Shown one piece after another: positions 8,433 through 17,935 of a stretch of DNA of 30,146 nt (position 1 is the stretch's first letter; each line of letters begins with the position of its first letter). This stretch comes from an uncultured Pseudomonadales bacterium. Its GTDB lineage: Bacteria; Patescibacteriota; Microgenomatia; UBA1400; PJMF01. Under the pieces are notes generated by a model that saw only the letters and a list, made by a program, of their open reading frames with translations, was not told where the DNA came from and ran no database searches. The position numbers and the translations under genes were made by a program. The stretch lies in assembly GCA_964612735.1 (NCBI GenBank), contig CAZTEB010000005.1, positions 4,080-34,225 on the forward strand, written 5' to 3'.

Positions 8433-10015
8433 TGTCAACAGGTTTGTTTTTAGTTTTTCAGCGCTATGCTTCAAAAATAGCAGTGATCGGCTTTCTGCTC
8501 TTCACCTCACTTTTCTACTTTCAACAACTCAATTTCAACACCTCAGACCTTGGCCGACACATCACTAACGGCCGCGTCATCTTAGAGACAAAGCAGGTGC
8601 TCTCGACTAATTATTACTCTTACACACATCCTGATTTTCCTAGCGTTAATCATCACTGGTTGTTTGGCGTACTAGTGTATCTGATCCATCAGCTTGCTGG
8701 CTTCATAGGAATTACGGTATTTGCCGCAGTACTTGGTGTGACTACCATGGCTTTGTGCCTAGACTTGGCTCGCAGAAAAACAAACTGGAAGTATGCAGTA
8801 CTGGCTGGAGTAGTACTACTGCCGTTGATTACTACTAGGATTGAGCCGAGGCCGGAGTTAGTTAGTTTGCTCGGCGTTAGCTTATTTATATGGCTGCTAG
8901 ATCGCTATGCTAGCAAACACATTTCTTTCACACAGCTGACTACGGCCATAGTTGGTTTTCAGATTTTGTGGGTGAACACTCATCTCTTTTTTATCTTTGG
9001 TCCATTTGTAGTGGGAGCGTGGTGGTTGGAGACTTTTTTTACACACTGGTTAAGTGAGCGGCGTCAGTCATTAGTTCGAGCTTCTGTCTTGTTGGCAGTC
9101 GTTTCGGCAGCTTGTTGTATTCATCCTGCTGGCATCTGGGGAGCGCTGCAGCCACTTCGTATTTTTGAAAACTATGGTTATGAGATTCTTGAGAATCAAA
9201 GCCTGTGGTTTGTAATCCAGAGGCTAGGTCAGCCGGTGTATTGGTATGGGTTACTGTTGGTTGGCTTGAGTACTTTGCTACAGATCGGTACTACTAAGTA
9301 TAAGAACTGGAAAGGTGAAATCAGTGTGGTCGTCTATTTAGTCACTTTTGGAGTGATGACTTTGATGATCAATCGCGCGCTACCATTTTTCGGCGTGATA
9401 GTGTTGCCGATTTTTGCCGTGCACCTAAAGAGATTTTTTGATCGCTATTATCAACAACTACACGTAGTACTTCGATCAGACGTTGGAGCTGCAGTACTAG
9501 GCGTGCTTGGATTTGGTGGTGTTGCTCTTGCTGGTCTGAGTGGCATGTGGTGGCCTTTGGGTTCGAGGTTTGGTTTGGGCCTACTTCCTAGTTCAAGTGC
9601 TTCTGCGGACTTTTTCAAAGACCACAGCATTCAAGGTCTCATCTTTAACAACTACGATATAGGGGGATACCTGATTTATCATCTCTATCCTGACCAAAAG
9701 GTATTCGTAGATAATCGGCCCGAATCCTATCCAGCTGACTTTTTCAGTGATGAGTACATTGCAGCACAAGAAGACGAAGAACGATGGCAACAACTTTTGG
9801 AGCAGCATGATTTTAATGCTATTTACTTTTATCGTCACGATCTGACTCCGTGGGCTCAGCCATTTTTAATCAAGCGTCTTCATGATCCGCTGTGGGTGCC
9901 GGTGTTTGTAGATGCGTACAGTATTATTTTTGTGAAAGACGCCCAGCAAAACCAGCAGTTGATCAAAGAGTTTGAGTTACCCAGCGAGTTGTTTGGAGAA
10001 ACTAGGGTAGAATAG
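8432..10015 (+). CDS. Polytopic membrane protein, putative GT-C-fold glycosyltransferase
   Basis: ATG 8432 overlaps the upstream TAA (TAATG); SDLGRHITNGR, YSYT...NHHWLF, RPEL, WVNTH, C-terminal NNYDIGGYLIY...FVDNR. Confidence 0.7.
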   Translation: MSTGLFLVFQRYASKIAVIGFLLFTSLFYFQQLNFNTSDLGRHITNGRVILETKQVLSTNYYSYTHPDFPSVNHHWLFGVLVYLIHQLAGFIGITVFAAVLGVTTMALCLDLARRKTNWKYAVLAGVVLLPLITTRIEPRPELVSLLGVSLFIWLLDRYASKHISFTQLTTAIVGFQILWVNTHLFFIFGPFVVGAWWLETFFTHWLSERRQSLVRASVLLAVVSAACCIHPAGIWGALQPLRIFENYGYEILENQSLWFVIQRLGQPVYWYGLLLVGLSTLLQIGTTKYKNWKGEISVVVYLVTFGVMTLMINRALPFFGVIVLPIFAVHLKRFFDRYYQQLHVVLRSDVGAAVLGVLGFGGVALAGLSGMWWPLGSRFGLGLLPSSSASADFFKDHSIQGLIFNNYDIGGYLIYHLYPDQKVFVDNRPESYPADFFSDEYIAAQEDEERWQQLLEQHDFNAIYFYRHDLTPWAQPFLIKRLHDPLWVPVFVDAYSIIFVKDAQQNQQLIKEFELPSELFGETRVE

Positions 10016-10960
10016 ATGGTGATGAAACCAAGTAAAACAGTCATCTTTCTCTCGCTCGTTGCAGCAGCGACGTTGTGGAGTTCCTCGCCAGTCGTTAATA
10101 AGATATTGCTCAAAGAATTACCTCCATTGACCGTGGCGTTTTACAGATATTTTTTCGCACTCGTAGTGATGTTGCCGTTCTTCTTTGGTGAGTTAAAGAA
10201 GAATCCTCCGATTACTTGGCAGCTGATTGGAATTAGTTTGTTGGCTACAGCAAACGTGACAATCTTTCTTTTTGGTTTGAGGCTAACTGTGCCTAACGCT
10301 TCTTCAATTTTGTATGCAACTACTCCATTGCTAGTTACTCTCTATGCAATGCCACTCCTTAAGGAATATCCATCGCTTAGAAAAAGTGTGGGAGTTGGGA
10401 TTGGTTTGGTTGGTGCGTTGATGGTGATAGTGCTGCCTGCACTGCGGCAAAACCAAGAGCTGTTTGGCAATTGGTTGGGAAATCTGATTATTTTCACTGC
10501 CGTTAACACGTGGGCAGGATATACGATTGGCTCTCGATATCTAAGTGCTCATAAAGGTTATACGTCACGATTTATCATGATCTTTTCGTTCATGGTAGCC
10601 ACAGTGGTGTTGGCGCCACTAATGATAGGCATAGAGGGGGTGAATATTGCCTCAGCTCTACGACCAGAGTTTTTAGCACTTCATCTCTACATGGCGTTAT
10701 TTGTGACAGTGGTGACATACTTTTTGTACCAGTGGGCGATCAGTCACAGCTCGGCTAGCACTGCTTCATTGATGGGTTACATCCAACCACCAACCACCTT
10801 TGTATTAGCATGGTTGTTTTTGGGAGATAGATTGACGTTTGGTATGGCAGTAGGAGCTGCTTTGGCATTGATCGGAGTGTATGTGGCTACCGAGACTGCG
10901 AAGACGAGTAAAGTGGAGTCACTAAAATTATTTTTCAGATCACTTTTGAAGCAATCATAA
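10016..10960 (+). CDS. DMT/EamA family transporter
   Basis: About 10 TM helices in two repeats; LWSSS, PLTVAFYR, ASTASLMGYIQP, LGDRLT. Confidence 0.9.
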   Translation: MVMKPSKTVIFLSLVAAATLWSSSPVVNKILLKELPPLTVAFYRYFFALVVMLPFFFGELKKNPPITWQLIGISLLATANVTIFLFGLRLTVPNASSILYATTPLLVTLYAMPLLKEYPSLRKSVGVGIGLVGALMVIVLPALRQNQELFGNWLGNLIIFTAVNTWAGYTIGSRYLSAHKGYTSRFIMIFSFMVATVVLAPLMIGIEGVNIASALRPEFLALHLYMALFVTVVTYFLYQWAISHSSASTASLMGYIQPPTTFVLAWLFLGDRLTFGMAVGAALALIGVYVATETAKTSKVESLKLFFRSLLKQS

Positions 10961-11342
10961 AACTGATTCCCGCTACCACCGCAGTTAGCGCCGTTCCCCA
11001 AGCTACATCGATTACCACTATCTGCCACGGCCAGTCCTTCAAAGTAGCCCAGTTAGTCAGATCGTAGGTCATGTAGGTGAGGAAGCCAAAGAGTGCTCCG
11101 TTTATTAGAGCTCGCTGTGGTGAGGCCTCACGTAGTGCGGGCACTAGCGCAAAGAACAGAATCCCTACTATATACAGTGCGTAGAAAAGCAAGGCAGCTG
11201 GCCAAACTACAGTAGTTGCCAAGAGATGACCGAGATAGTTGTTATACAGTTTGCGGGCGATGAAGCCTAACCAAATTACGTCTATGCCAAAAAAGACCCC
11301 AGTGGTAATTACATATAAAAGCGCGTATTGAGTAAGTTGCAT
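10935..11342 (-). CDS. DUF2177 family membrane protein
   Basis: IDVIWLG, AALLFYALY, GALFGFLTYMTYDLTNWATLKDWP, DVAWG. Confidence 0.85.
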   Translation of the reverse strand: MQLTQYALLYVITTGVFFGIDVIWLGFIARKLYNNYLGHLLATTVVWPAALLFYALYIVGILFFALVPALREASPQRALINGALFGFLTYMTYDLTNWATLKDWPWQIVVIDVAWGTALTAVVAGISFMIASKVI

Positions 11343-11378
11343 ACCCCTAGTATACCTAGATTTGGTAGACTACCTCCA

Positions 11379-11927
11379 ATGCAAAAAGTATATTTTGTAA
11401 CAGGCAACGAAGGAAAGTTTAAAGAAGTTCAAGCGTTCTTGGGAGATGTGGTTGAGCGAGTCGAAGCTGATACCACCGAGGTTCAGTCTATCAGCGTCTC
11501 AGAAATCGCAGCCCTCAAAGCTAAAGAAGCCTATGCCCAGCTCCACAAGCCGGTCTTGGTAGAAGACACGGGATTGGCTATTACTGCTTGGAATGGTTTG
11601 CCGGGACCATTGATCAAGTGGTTTTTAAAGACAGTACACACGGATGGCTTGTGTCGGATGTTGAGTGAGTTTCAAGATCGCTCGGCCGTGGCGACTACGG
11701 TGTTTGGTTACTTTGATGGTGAAGAATTGATGACGTTTGTCGGTGAAGTGGCTGGTAGTATTGCGGATGCTCCTCGTGGTGACAATGGCTTTGGCTGGGA
11801 TACTGTTTTCATTCCCAAAGGTGGTGACAAGACCTTTGCGCAGATGACGATGGAAGAGAAAACGGCTGTCTCGATGCGGGGTCGGGCTTTGGAGAAGTTG
11901 AAGGTGTGGTTGGAGGAGCGAAGCTAG
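11379..11927 (+). CDS. rdgB: Ham1/RdgB non-canonical purine NTP pyrophosphatase (ITPase)
   Basis: FVTGNEGKFKE, VLVEDTGL, GLPGPLIKW, GFGWDTVF, EK...SMR; start re-assigned to ATG 11379. Confidence 0.9.
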   Translation: MQKVYFVTGNEGKFKEVQAFLGDVVERVEADTTEVQSISVSEIAALKAKEAYAQLHKPVLVEDTGLAITAWNGLPGPLIKWFLKTVHTDGLCRMLSEFQDRSAVATTVFGYFDGEELMTFVGEVAGSIADAPRGDNGFGWDTVFIPKGGDKTFAQMTMEEKTAVSMRGRALEKLKVWLEERS

Positions 11928-11938
11928 CAAGATCTTTG

Positions 11939-13168
11939 CTAGGCACCTTGAGTGTCAAATGAGTAGTGGGCGGTTTGGAATGCGCGCACGAGCTCGAGCA
12001 CTTCGGCTCTCACTGATGTTCCTTTAAAACTCTGATCAATGTACTCTGCTACTTTTTTAACTTCTGCCTCTTTCATCCCCCGCCGTGTAATTTCTTGCGT
12101 TCCCAATCTAACAAACATGCCACCTTCAAGTGGATTGTCAAAATTAACCGTAATATTGTTGTCGAACAGTTGATCATACAGCTGCTTGTAGTTGCCAACT
12201 TTATCAGTGAATAAATGAACTTGATGGTTTTCCGATAACCTTCCCGTATTTGCTTTTCTCACAGAATAGCCTAGTCTCTCCAGTTCTTCTCCCAGGGTAT
12301 TGGAGTTGGCAATTATTTGCCCAGCGTAGGCTTCACCGAACTCAGCCATTTCTAGAAGAGTGACAGCCAAGGCAATTACGTGATGAGCATGGGGGCTAGA
12401 ATACAGGCAACCATCAATAACCTTCATCGCCGCACTCCCAAGCTTGTCATCCTTGAATGCAATCATGCCTTTTTGAGGACCGGGAAGTGTCTTGTGAGTG
12501 TTTGCGCAGATGACATCAGCCCCTTCAGAGAACGGTGACTGAAATTCTTGACCAAGAATCAGACCCATGGTGTGGCTGGCGTCATAGATGATAATGGCTT
12601 CGTCACCAAGTGCTTGGCGTATTTCCATGAGGTTGTGTGGGTTAATATAATACGAAACGTCCATATAAAAAGCTTTTGCATTTGATTTTTTGAAATCAGT
12701 ACTGAGCCGCTCCACATCAAATGATAGTGAGTCAAAGTTATATGAGGCAAACACGTGCTTGCGACCAACCCTATCCAGTATGCCCTTGGTAGCAAAGTGT
12801 CCTCCATGATCATGATGCACCGTCATTACGGCATCACCTGGTTCTGTGGTGGACAGGATGGCACACATCATAGCGTGGACACCCGAAAGACAACTAAGAC
12901 TAACATGTGAGGCACCAAGAATTTTCTTGGTAGCTTCTTCAGCTGTAGTTACTAGTTCATGAATCCCAGGAAAACCTAGGGCTGTGAATGGACCTAAGTC
13001 AACTTTTTCGTCTGTACCTGGTCCGATAAAGTATCTATCTGCTAGACGAGAATCCATAAAAGAGCGAGCAGTGTCAAACATCAGGGGCTCGTTAGCCGTT
13101 AGATGAAGAAAGGTGTCATTTCTCTCTTCTTCTTTTTTAATGTTTGTAAGCAAGTTGGTGATATTCAT
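11939..13168 (-). CDS. SHMT-fold PLP enzyme resembling L-threonine transaldolases (ObaG/ObiH-like), not canonical GlyA
   Basis: LHLTANE, HGGHFA, YDASHTMGLILG, NTHKTLPGPQKG, NHQVH, RLGTQEITRRGMKE, YSFD; lacks GlyA-typical LIASEN, YAEGYP, GHLTHG and LRGPRGG. Confidence 0.8.
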   Translation of the reverse strand: MNITNLLTNIKKEEERNDTFLHLTANEPLMFDTARSFMDSRLADRYFIGPGTDEKVDLGPFTALGFPGIHELVTTAEEATKKILGASHVSLSCLSGVHAMMCAILSTTEPGDAVMTVHHDHGGHFATKGILDRVGRKHVFASYNFDSLSFDVERLSTDFKKSNAKAFYMDVSYYINPHNLMEIRQALGDEAIIIYDASHTMGLILGQEFQSPFSEGADVICANTHKTLPGPQKGMIAFKDDKLGSAAMKVIDGCLYSSPHAHHVIALAVTLLEMAEFGEAYAGQIIANSNTLGEELERLGYSVRKANTGRLSENHQVHLFTDKVGNYKQLYDQLFDNNITVNFDNPLEGGMFVRLGTQEITRRGMKEAEVKKVAEYIDQSFKGTSVRAEVLELVRAFQTAHYSFDTQGA

Positions 13169-13183
13169 GAGTCGAGTATACCA

Positions 13184-15016
13184 CTACCGCTTCAACGCTT
13201 TAGTGATATCCGCCTTGCGAAGTCGCAGGAACTCAGGAGTGACTTCAAGCATTTCATCTTCAGCAATGATCACCAAGAACTCTTCGAGCGATGGCTTCCA
13301 AGCAGGTGCCAGCACAATGGTGGTGTCAGCTGCTGCAGCTCGCATATTGGTAAGCTTCTTGCCCTTGGCTACATTGACCACCATGTCTTCGGAGCGAGTG
13401 TTGATACCTACTACTTGGCCGGCATAGATTTCCTCACCAGGATCGACTAGCATTTTGGCGCGCTGTTGGGCTTTGTCTAAGGCATAGGTAGTAGCTGTAC
13501 CAGTCTCGTGAGCGATGATGGCACCACCTCGTTGCTGTTGTGCATGATCTGAAAGTGGTCGGTACTCTAAGAACAAGGTATTGATGATGGCTGCACCTGA
13601 AGTAGCAGTCAGGAGCTCATGGCGGTAACCAATCAAGTTAGCTGTCGCCATCTCGTACTCAAAGCGGACGCCATCCGTAGTCGTTATCATGTTTTGCAGG
13701 TGGCCTTTGCGTTGAGCCATGCTGGTGGTGATAGTGCCGGTGTAGTCCTGAGGAACTTCTATGGTGACTGACTCCCAAGGCTCGTGCTGTTGGCCATCTA
13801 TTTCTTTGATTACCACTTCAGGTCGTGAGACCGAAAACTCATAGCCTTCGCGGCGCATGGTTTCTATCAGGATAGAAATGTGCAGCTCACCACGGCCGAC
13901 GATGGTGACGCTCTCACCAGATTCTGCAGGTTGCATTCGCAGGCCTACATTGGTTTCTAACTCTTTATTCAATCTGTCACGAAGTTGGCGTGAAGTGGAG
14001 TAAGTAGCGTCACGGCCAGCAAAGGGTGAAGAGTTCACAGAGAGCTTCATCTTCACAGTTGGTTCACTAATCGAAAGCGATGGCAGTGGAGCTGACTTTC
14101 CTAGTTCACAGATAGTCTGACCAATTTGAGGTTTAGCGAAGCCACTAATGGCGATGATGTCGCCGGCGCTGGCAGTCGCAACTGGTTGTCTCTCAAGGCC
14201 ATGGTGGGTGAAGAGATGCTCTACGTTGCCTTCAACAACTTTGGCGTCTGAGTCTGCGCTGACGAGTTGGACGCGCTGGCCTTTGGAAATAGTTCCTTGA
14301 AAAATACGACCGACGATGATCTTACCGATATGGGAATCAAAGTCGAGCGAATTTACCTGAAGCTGAAGCGGCTTACTAGCATCTCCAGTCGGAGCTGGGA
14401 CGGTTTTGATGATGTTCTCGAATAATGGTGCTAAGTCTGTGCTATCAGTGATATCCATGGAGTGATCGGGATTCTCAGCAACAGCTGTTCCTACGATGCC
14501 GTCGATGCCCCTGGCATACAGTATTGGGAAATCAAGCTGCGACTCGTCACTAGCTAGTTCTAAGAATAAGTCGCCAATTTCTTGCTCTACGGCGGCGAGT
14601 CGCTGATTTTTTCTGTCCACTTTGTTGATAACTACCAGCGGCTTGAGTCCAAGTTGAAGAGCCAGTCGTAGTACGAAGCGAGTTTGAGATAGCACGCCTT
14701 CGCTGGCATCAACCAGCAAGACACAGCCGTCTGCCATGTTCAGCACGCGCTCTACTTCACCAGAGAAGTCAGCGTGACCCGGGGTGTCTAAAATATTTAT
14801 CTTGTAGTCGTGCCAAAAGACGGCGGTGTTTTTTGACAAAATAGTCACGCCGCGCTCACGCTCTAAGTCATTGGAGTCGAGGATGGTGGTTTGCTCGAGT
14901 TCCTTTTGGTGAGCCGCAAAGGTTTGAGTCTGCTTGAGCATAGCATCCACCAAGGTAGTCTTACCGTGGTCGACGTGGGCGATGATGGCGATGTTGCGGA
15001 TGTTTGACTGCTGCAC
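13184..15016 (-). CDS. typA: Translational GTPase TypA/BipA
   Basis: [70 protein letters not shown]; GTG start. Confidence 0.97.
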   Translation of the reverse strand: MQQSNIRNIAIIAHVDHGKTTLVDAMLKQTQTFAAHQKELEQTTILDSNDLERERGVTILSKNTAVFWHDYKINILDTPGHADFSGEVERVLNMADGCVLLVDASEGVLSQTRFVLRLALQLGLKPLVVINKVDRKNQRLAAVEQEIGDLFLELASDESQLDFPILYARGIDGIVGTAVAENPDHSMDITDSTDLAPLFENIIKTVPAPTGDASKPLQLQVNSLDFDSHIGKIIVGRIFQGTISKGQRVQLVSADSDAKVVEGNVEHLFTHHGLERQPVATASAGDIIAISGFAKPQIGQTICELGKSAPLPSLSISEPTVKMKLSVNSSPFAGRDATYSTSRQLRDRLNKELETNVGLRMQPAESGESVTIVGRGELHISILIETMRREGYEFSVSRPEVVIKEIDGQQHEPWESVTIEVPQDYTGTITTSMAQRKGHLQNMITTTDGVRFEYEMATANLIGYRHELLTATSGAAIINTLFLEYRPLSDHAQQQRGGAIIAHETGTATTYALDKAQQRAKMLVDPGEEIYAGQVVGINTRSEDMVVNVAKGKKLTNMRAAAADTTIVLAPAWKPSLEEFLVIIAEDEMLEVTPEFLRLRKADITKALKR

Positions 15017-15061
15017 TGGTAATTATCCTATAATATTTTATATGGTGTTGAACAAGGGACC

Positions 15062-15090
15062 ATTTTAGGCTAGATCTCGAGAAAAAGCAA
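15062..15090 (-). promoter_or_regulatory. Sigma70-type promoter for typA
   Basis: Minus strand TTGCTT-17 nt-TAAAAT, with AGGA upstream of the GTG start. Confidence 0.6.
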
Positions 15091-15135
15091 GGGAAAGCCT
15101 TGTGTTGCAGTGGCACAGAAACCAGAGACGAAAGG

Positions 15136-16263
15136 CTACAGTCCAGTATGAAGTTGAACTGCTAGCTGCTCTCCAAACTCCCCAATGTTTTCAAAATTAC
15201 TTTCGGGATTATCATTTAACGCTTTTATAAAGAGCTGTTTAATCTCTTCCCTGGCTTGAGCGGGCACTCCTAGTCTTTCTAGTCGCAAATCTAGATACAC
15301 ATGATGCATGGTGTGCATGCCAGTCCAGCGCTGCATACGATTTGAGGTTCCTTGTGCCGTGATTTGTAATTCGGGTAGGTCGCAAGCAAGCACTCCTGTT
15401 ATCAATTCAAAACACACCAGCGCATAAGTGAAGGTATCTGACTGAAGTCTATATCTATTGTCATTAAGGTAAAGCCATGGTGGTGTATATGCTGGAGTTG
15501 CATACAAAGCGCCTGGTCGCCTATGCTTTGTCTCAAATACCTTGGTAGATACATTGAGATCAACTAAATATACATGCCCATTCTTTGTCAAAATAAATTG
15601 ATGGGGTTTAAGATCACCATGGTCTACATCGTGTGCATGAAGCTGTGACATGATAGTTGTAGCTTGAGTCACAAACGCGATGAGCTCAGTAAGTGTGGTG
15701 AGAGGTTTTACATAGAGATCTTCTCCGTCTATGTATTCCATGATTAAGCAGTAAGACTCATTGCCTGAGCTCTCTTGGTATACGACCAGGTCGTAAACCT
15801 TTGGTATTCCCTTGGTGTTTACGAATCCTGCTAACACGATCGCTTCCTGCATTTGGATGGCATCCCAATCAGTCATCTGCCCTCGTGTTCGCTTGGAGTT
15901 CACCATCTTAAGTGCTATCACTATTCCCAGGTTGTGATCCCAACCAAAAAAGACATCGCATGACGCGCCTGAACCTATGAGTTCTGCAATGCTGTAGCGT
16001 TTGTTGACCTCTAAGAGATTCTCAGGTGAAAAATCTTTAGGTACTGAAGGTCGTTCTACCCAAGCTTGAAGATAGAAGTAAGCTTCTTTTTCGAGCAAAT
16101 CACTTATCCTAGAGGGTTCATCTTCTTCAGCATCCCAGTGCCAGTAATAGTAGTCACGAGGATTGCCTTTTACTATTTTTAGTGGGGATACTTCAAAAGG
16201 CGCACTTGCGCCCTCAGGCCACTGCCACGAGTGGAGTTCTCGTGGGTCGTATCTTTCTGACAT
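15136..16263 (-). CDS. Hanks-type Ser/Thr protein kinase with deviant motifs
   Basis: IGSGASCDV, IALKMV, LIMEYIDG, HGDLKPHQ, YLVDLN, ATPAYTPP, SDTFTYALVCFELITG. Confidence 0.82.
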   Translation of the reverse strand: MSERYDPRELHSWQWPEGASAPFEVSPLKIVKGNPRDYYYWHWDAEEDEPSRISDLLEKEAYFYLQAWVERPSVPKDFSPENLLEVNKRYSIAELIGSGASCDVFFGWDHNLGIVIALKMVNSKRTRGQMTDWDAIQMQEAIVLAGFVNTKGIPKVYDLVVYQESSGNESYCLIMEYIDGEDLYVKPLTTLTELIAFVTQATTIMSQLHAHDVDHGDLKPHQFILTKNGHVYLVDLNVSTKVFETKHRRPGALYATPAYTPPWLYLNDNRYRLQSDTFTYALVCFELITGVLACDLPELQITAQGTSNRMQRWTGMHTMHHVYLDLRLERLGVPAQAREEIKQLFIKALNDNPESNFENIGEFGEQLAVQLHTGL

Positions 16264-16273
16264 AGTGCGGTGC

Positions 16274-16283
16274 AGTATATACT
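16274..16283. promoter_or_regulatory. Palindromic bidirectional -10 element between kinase and greA
   Basis: AGTATATACT is a perfect palindrome giving TATACT on both strands, 10 and 11 nt before the two divergent ATGs. Confidence 0.55.
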
Positions 16284-16294
16284 ACCCTCTAACC

Positions 16295-16768
16295 ATGACA
16301 ACGCAAGGCCAACCCATTCGCTTCACCAAACAGACCTTCTTAGAAATGAAGGCACGGCGGCGAGAACTGTATCGTCTGCAGGAGGAAGTGTTGGTGAGGC
16401 TGAAGATGGCCAGAGAAATGGGTGACTTATCAGAGAACGGAGCGTACAAGTATGCCAAGTTCGAATTAGGTAACACTCGGCGTGAGCTAGGCAAACTTAA
16501 TCGACTTATCGCCAATGGTGTGATTGAGGAATCAAAAGAACACTATGATCAGGTCGAATTTGGTTGCACCTTTACGATTCAACAGGCTGACAAGCAACTC
16601 ACCTTTATGTTGGTCAGTAAACACGAGTCAAATCCCTCAGAGTGCAAAATTTCCGATGACAGTCCGATTGGTGCGGCTGCCCTAGGCAAAAAAGTTGGAG
16701 AGAAGTTTGTGGTCAAGTCGCCAAAGGGTGAAGTAGAGTACGAGGTGGTGGAGATTGGGGTGGGTTAA
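16295..16768 (+). CDS. greA: Transcription elongation factor GreA
   Basis: AREMGDLSENGAYKYAK, ISDDSPIGAAALGKKVGE; start re-assigned to ATG 16295. Confidence 0.92.
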   Translation: MTTQGQPIRFTKQTFLEMKARRRELYRLQEEVLVRLKMAREMGDLSENGAYKYAKFELGNTRRELGKLNRLIANGVIEESKEHYDQVEFGCTFTIQQADKQLTFMLVSKHESNPSECKISDDSPIGAAALGKKVGEKFVVKSPKGEVEYEVVEIGVG

Positions 16769-16793
16769 GCGCTGCATCACAAGATGTGGAAAG

Positions 16794-17405
16794 CTACTTC
16801 TTTTCACCTTTCGCTAGCAACCAAATCGCGAATGTCATCTCACCTAAGATGCTCGGCACTGCTACCATTGCCAAAAATACATCAGCATAGGCGTCGTAAT
16901 TTGGTAAGACGAAGTGGGCACTGGTGTCAACGATGTAGGCGATACCAGCTAGAGTAATCGCAGTAGCTATCCATTTGGGCATAGTGATGATCCTAGCCAG
17001 GAGAATTAAGTGAAAGCCAAAGAAAAATAGCCCTAGTAACCAAATGATGTTAAATCTGTCCACGAGTCCCAGTATTTGCTGAGCATCAGTGAGCGGCAGT
17101 GCTTCAACCAAAGCAAAAACGGCTACAGCCATGATGCCTGCATGCAAGACCCTAAAAAGGGTACTTAGCAGCGACAGTTGATTTTTAGATCCCAATATTT
17201 GTAGCGCCCAAGCGACTATCACATCAAAAACCGCGGTCACTAGAAAAGCCATGATTCCTAGTCGCACCACTAGCTGGCTTCCTTCAAGTGTTTCGATGGG
17301 ATGTGTGGCAAGAGACTCTAGGGCAAAGAAGTTGGCAAATATAGCAGCGAAGAAAATAACGACGTAACTCCAACCAGCGATGAGGGCGATGTTTCTTTTT
17401 TGCAC
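16794..17405 (-). CDS. DUF4386-like membrane protein
   Basis: ALIAGWSY, FDVIVAWAL, FFGFHLILL, GEMTFAIWLL; GTG 17405 lies 6 nt after TATAGT, so it is preferred over TTG 17429. Confidence 0.7.
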   Translation of the reverse strand: MQKRNIALIAGWSYVVIFFAAIFANFFALESLATHPIETLEGSQLVVRLGIMAFLVTAVFDVIVAWALQILGSKNQLSLLSTLFRVLHAGIMAVAVFALVEALPLTDAQQILGLVDRFNIIWLLGLFFFGFHLILLARIITMPKWIATAITLAGIAYIVDTSAHFVLPNYDAYADVFLAMVAVPSILGEMTFAIWLLAKGEKK

Positions 17406-17444
17406 AGTACTACTATATAGATTTTTCAAGTAAAGCGCATGAGG

Positions 17445-17458
17445 AAATAGCGAGGTAT
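17445..17458 (+). repeat. 14-bp direct repeat, left copy (AAATAGCGAGGTAT)
   Basis: Exact match to 27148-27161; intergenic between DUF4386 and cupin. Confidence 0.6.
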
Positions 17459-17480
17459 GAGAGCTTAGAATCAGCGTGCT

Positions 17481-17834
17481 TTACAGTTCTTTCTTATCTC
17501 CACCCAAAACACTCGGAGCATGGATTGTAAAATTCTGAGTGTTCGGTTCAACAGAGATCACTTCTTCTACTAAGCCCTTATCGAAAACAATATATTCGCC
17601 TTCTTTAACTTCAACAGTTTCTCCATCAATAGAAAAAGTCATACCTCCCTTAAGAACGATTACGACAGTTTTTGTTTTAGTGTGAATATGTGGTGCAGCA
17701 CGAAATCCGGGTTCAAGTTTTCCAAAAACTATTTCAGCATTTGAATCGTGCCGTATCGAGGATTCTTCAATGAAAGAGCCGATCAGCGCATGTTTGTCAC
17801 TCTCAATAAAACTATGTTTTTCAAAAGGTTTCAT
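17481..17834 (-). CDS. Cupin domain protein
   Basis: PGFRAAPHIHTKTKTVVIVLKGGMTFSIDGETVEVKEGEYIVF. Confidence 0.8.
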   Translation of the reverse strand: MKPFEKHSFIESDKHALIGSFIEESSIRHDSNAEIVFGKLEPGFRAAPHIHTKTKTVVIVLKGGMTFSIDGETVEVKEGEYIVFDKGLVEEVISVEPNTQNFTIHAPSVLGGDKKEL

Positions 17835-17935
17835 AGTGGTGATTGTTGTTGTTGAAGCCGCATTGCGGTCCTGGTGGTATGAAGTTAGAACCTACTTCAT
17901 GACCAACTATGATCCTATTTTAGCCACAAACTTGG

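Noticed and set aside
11939-13168. Calling this gene glyA
   Set aside because: GlyA signature motifs are missing, so no symbol was assigned
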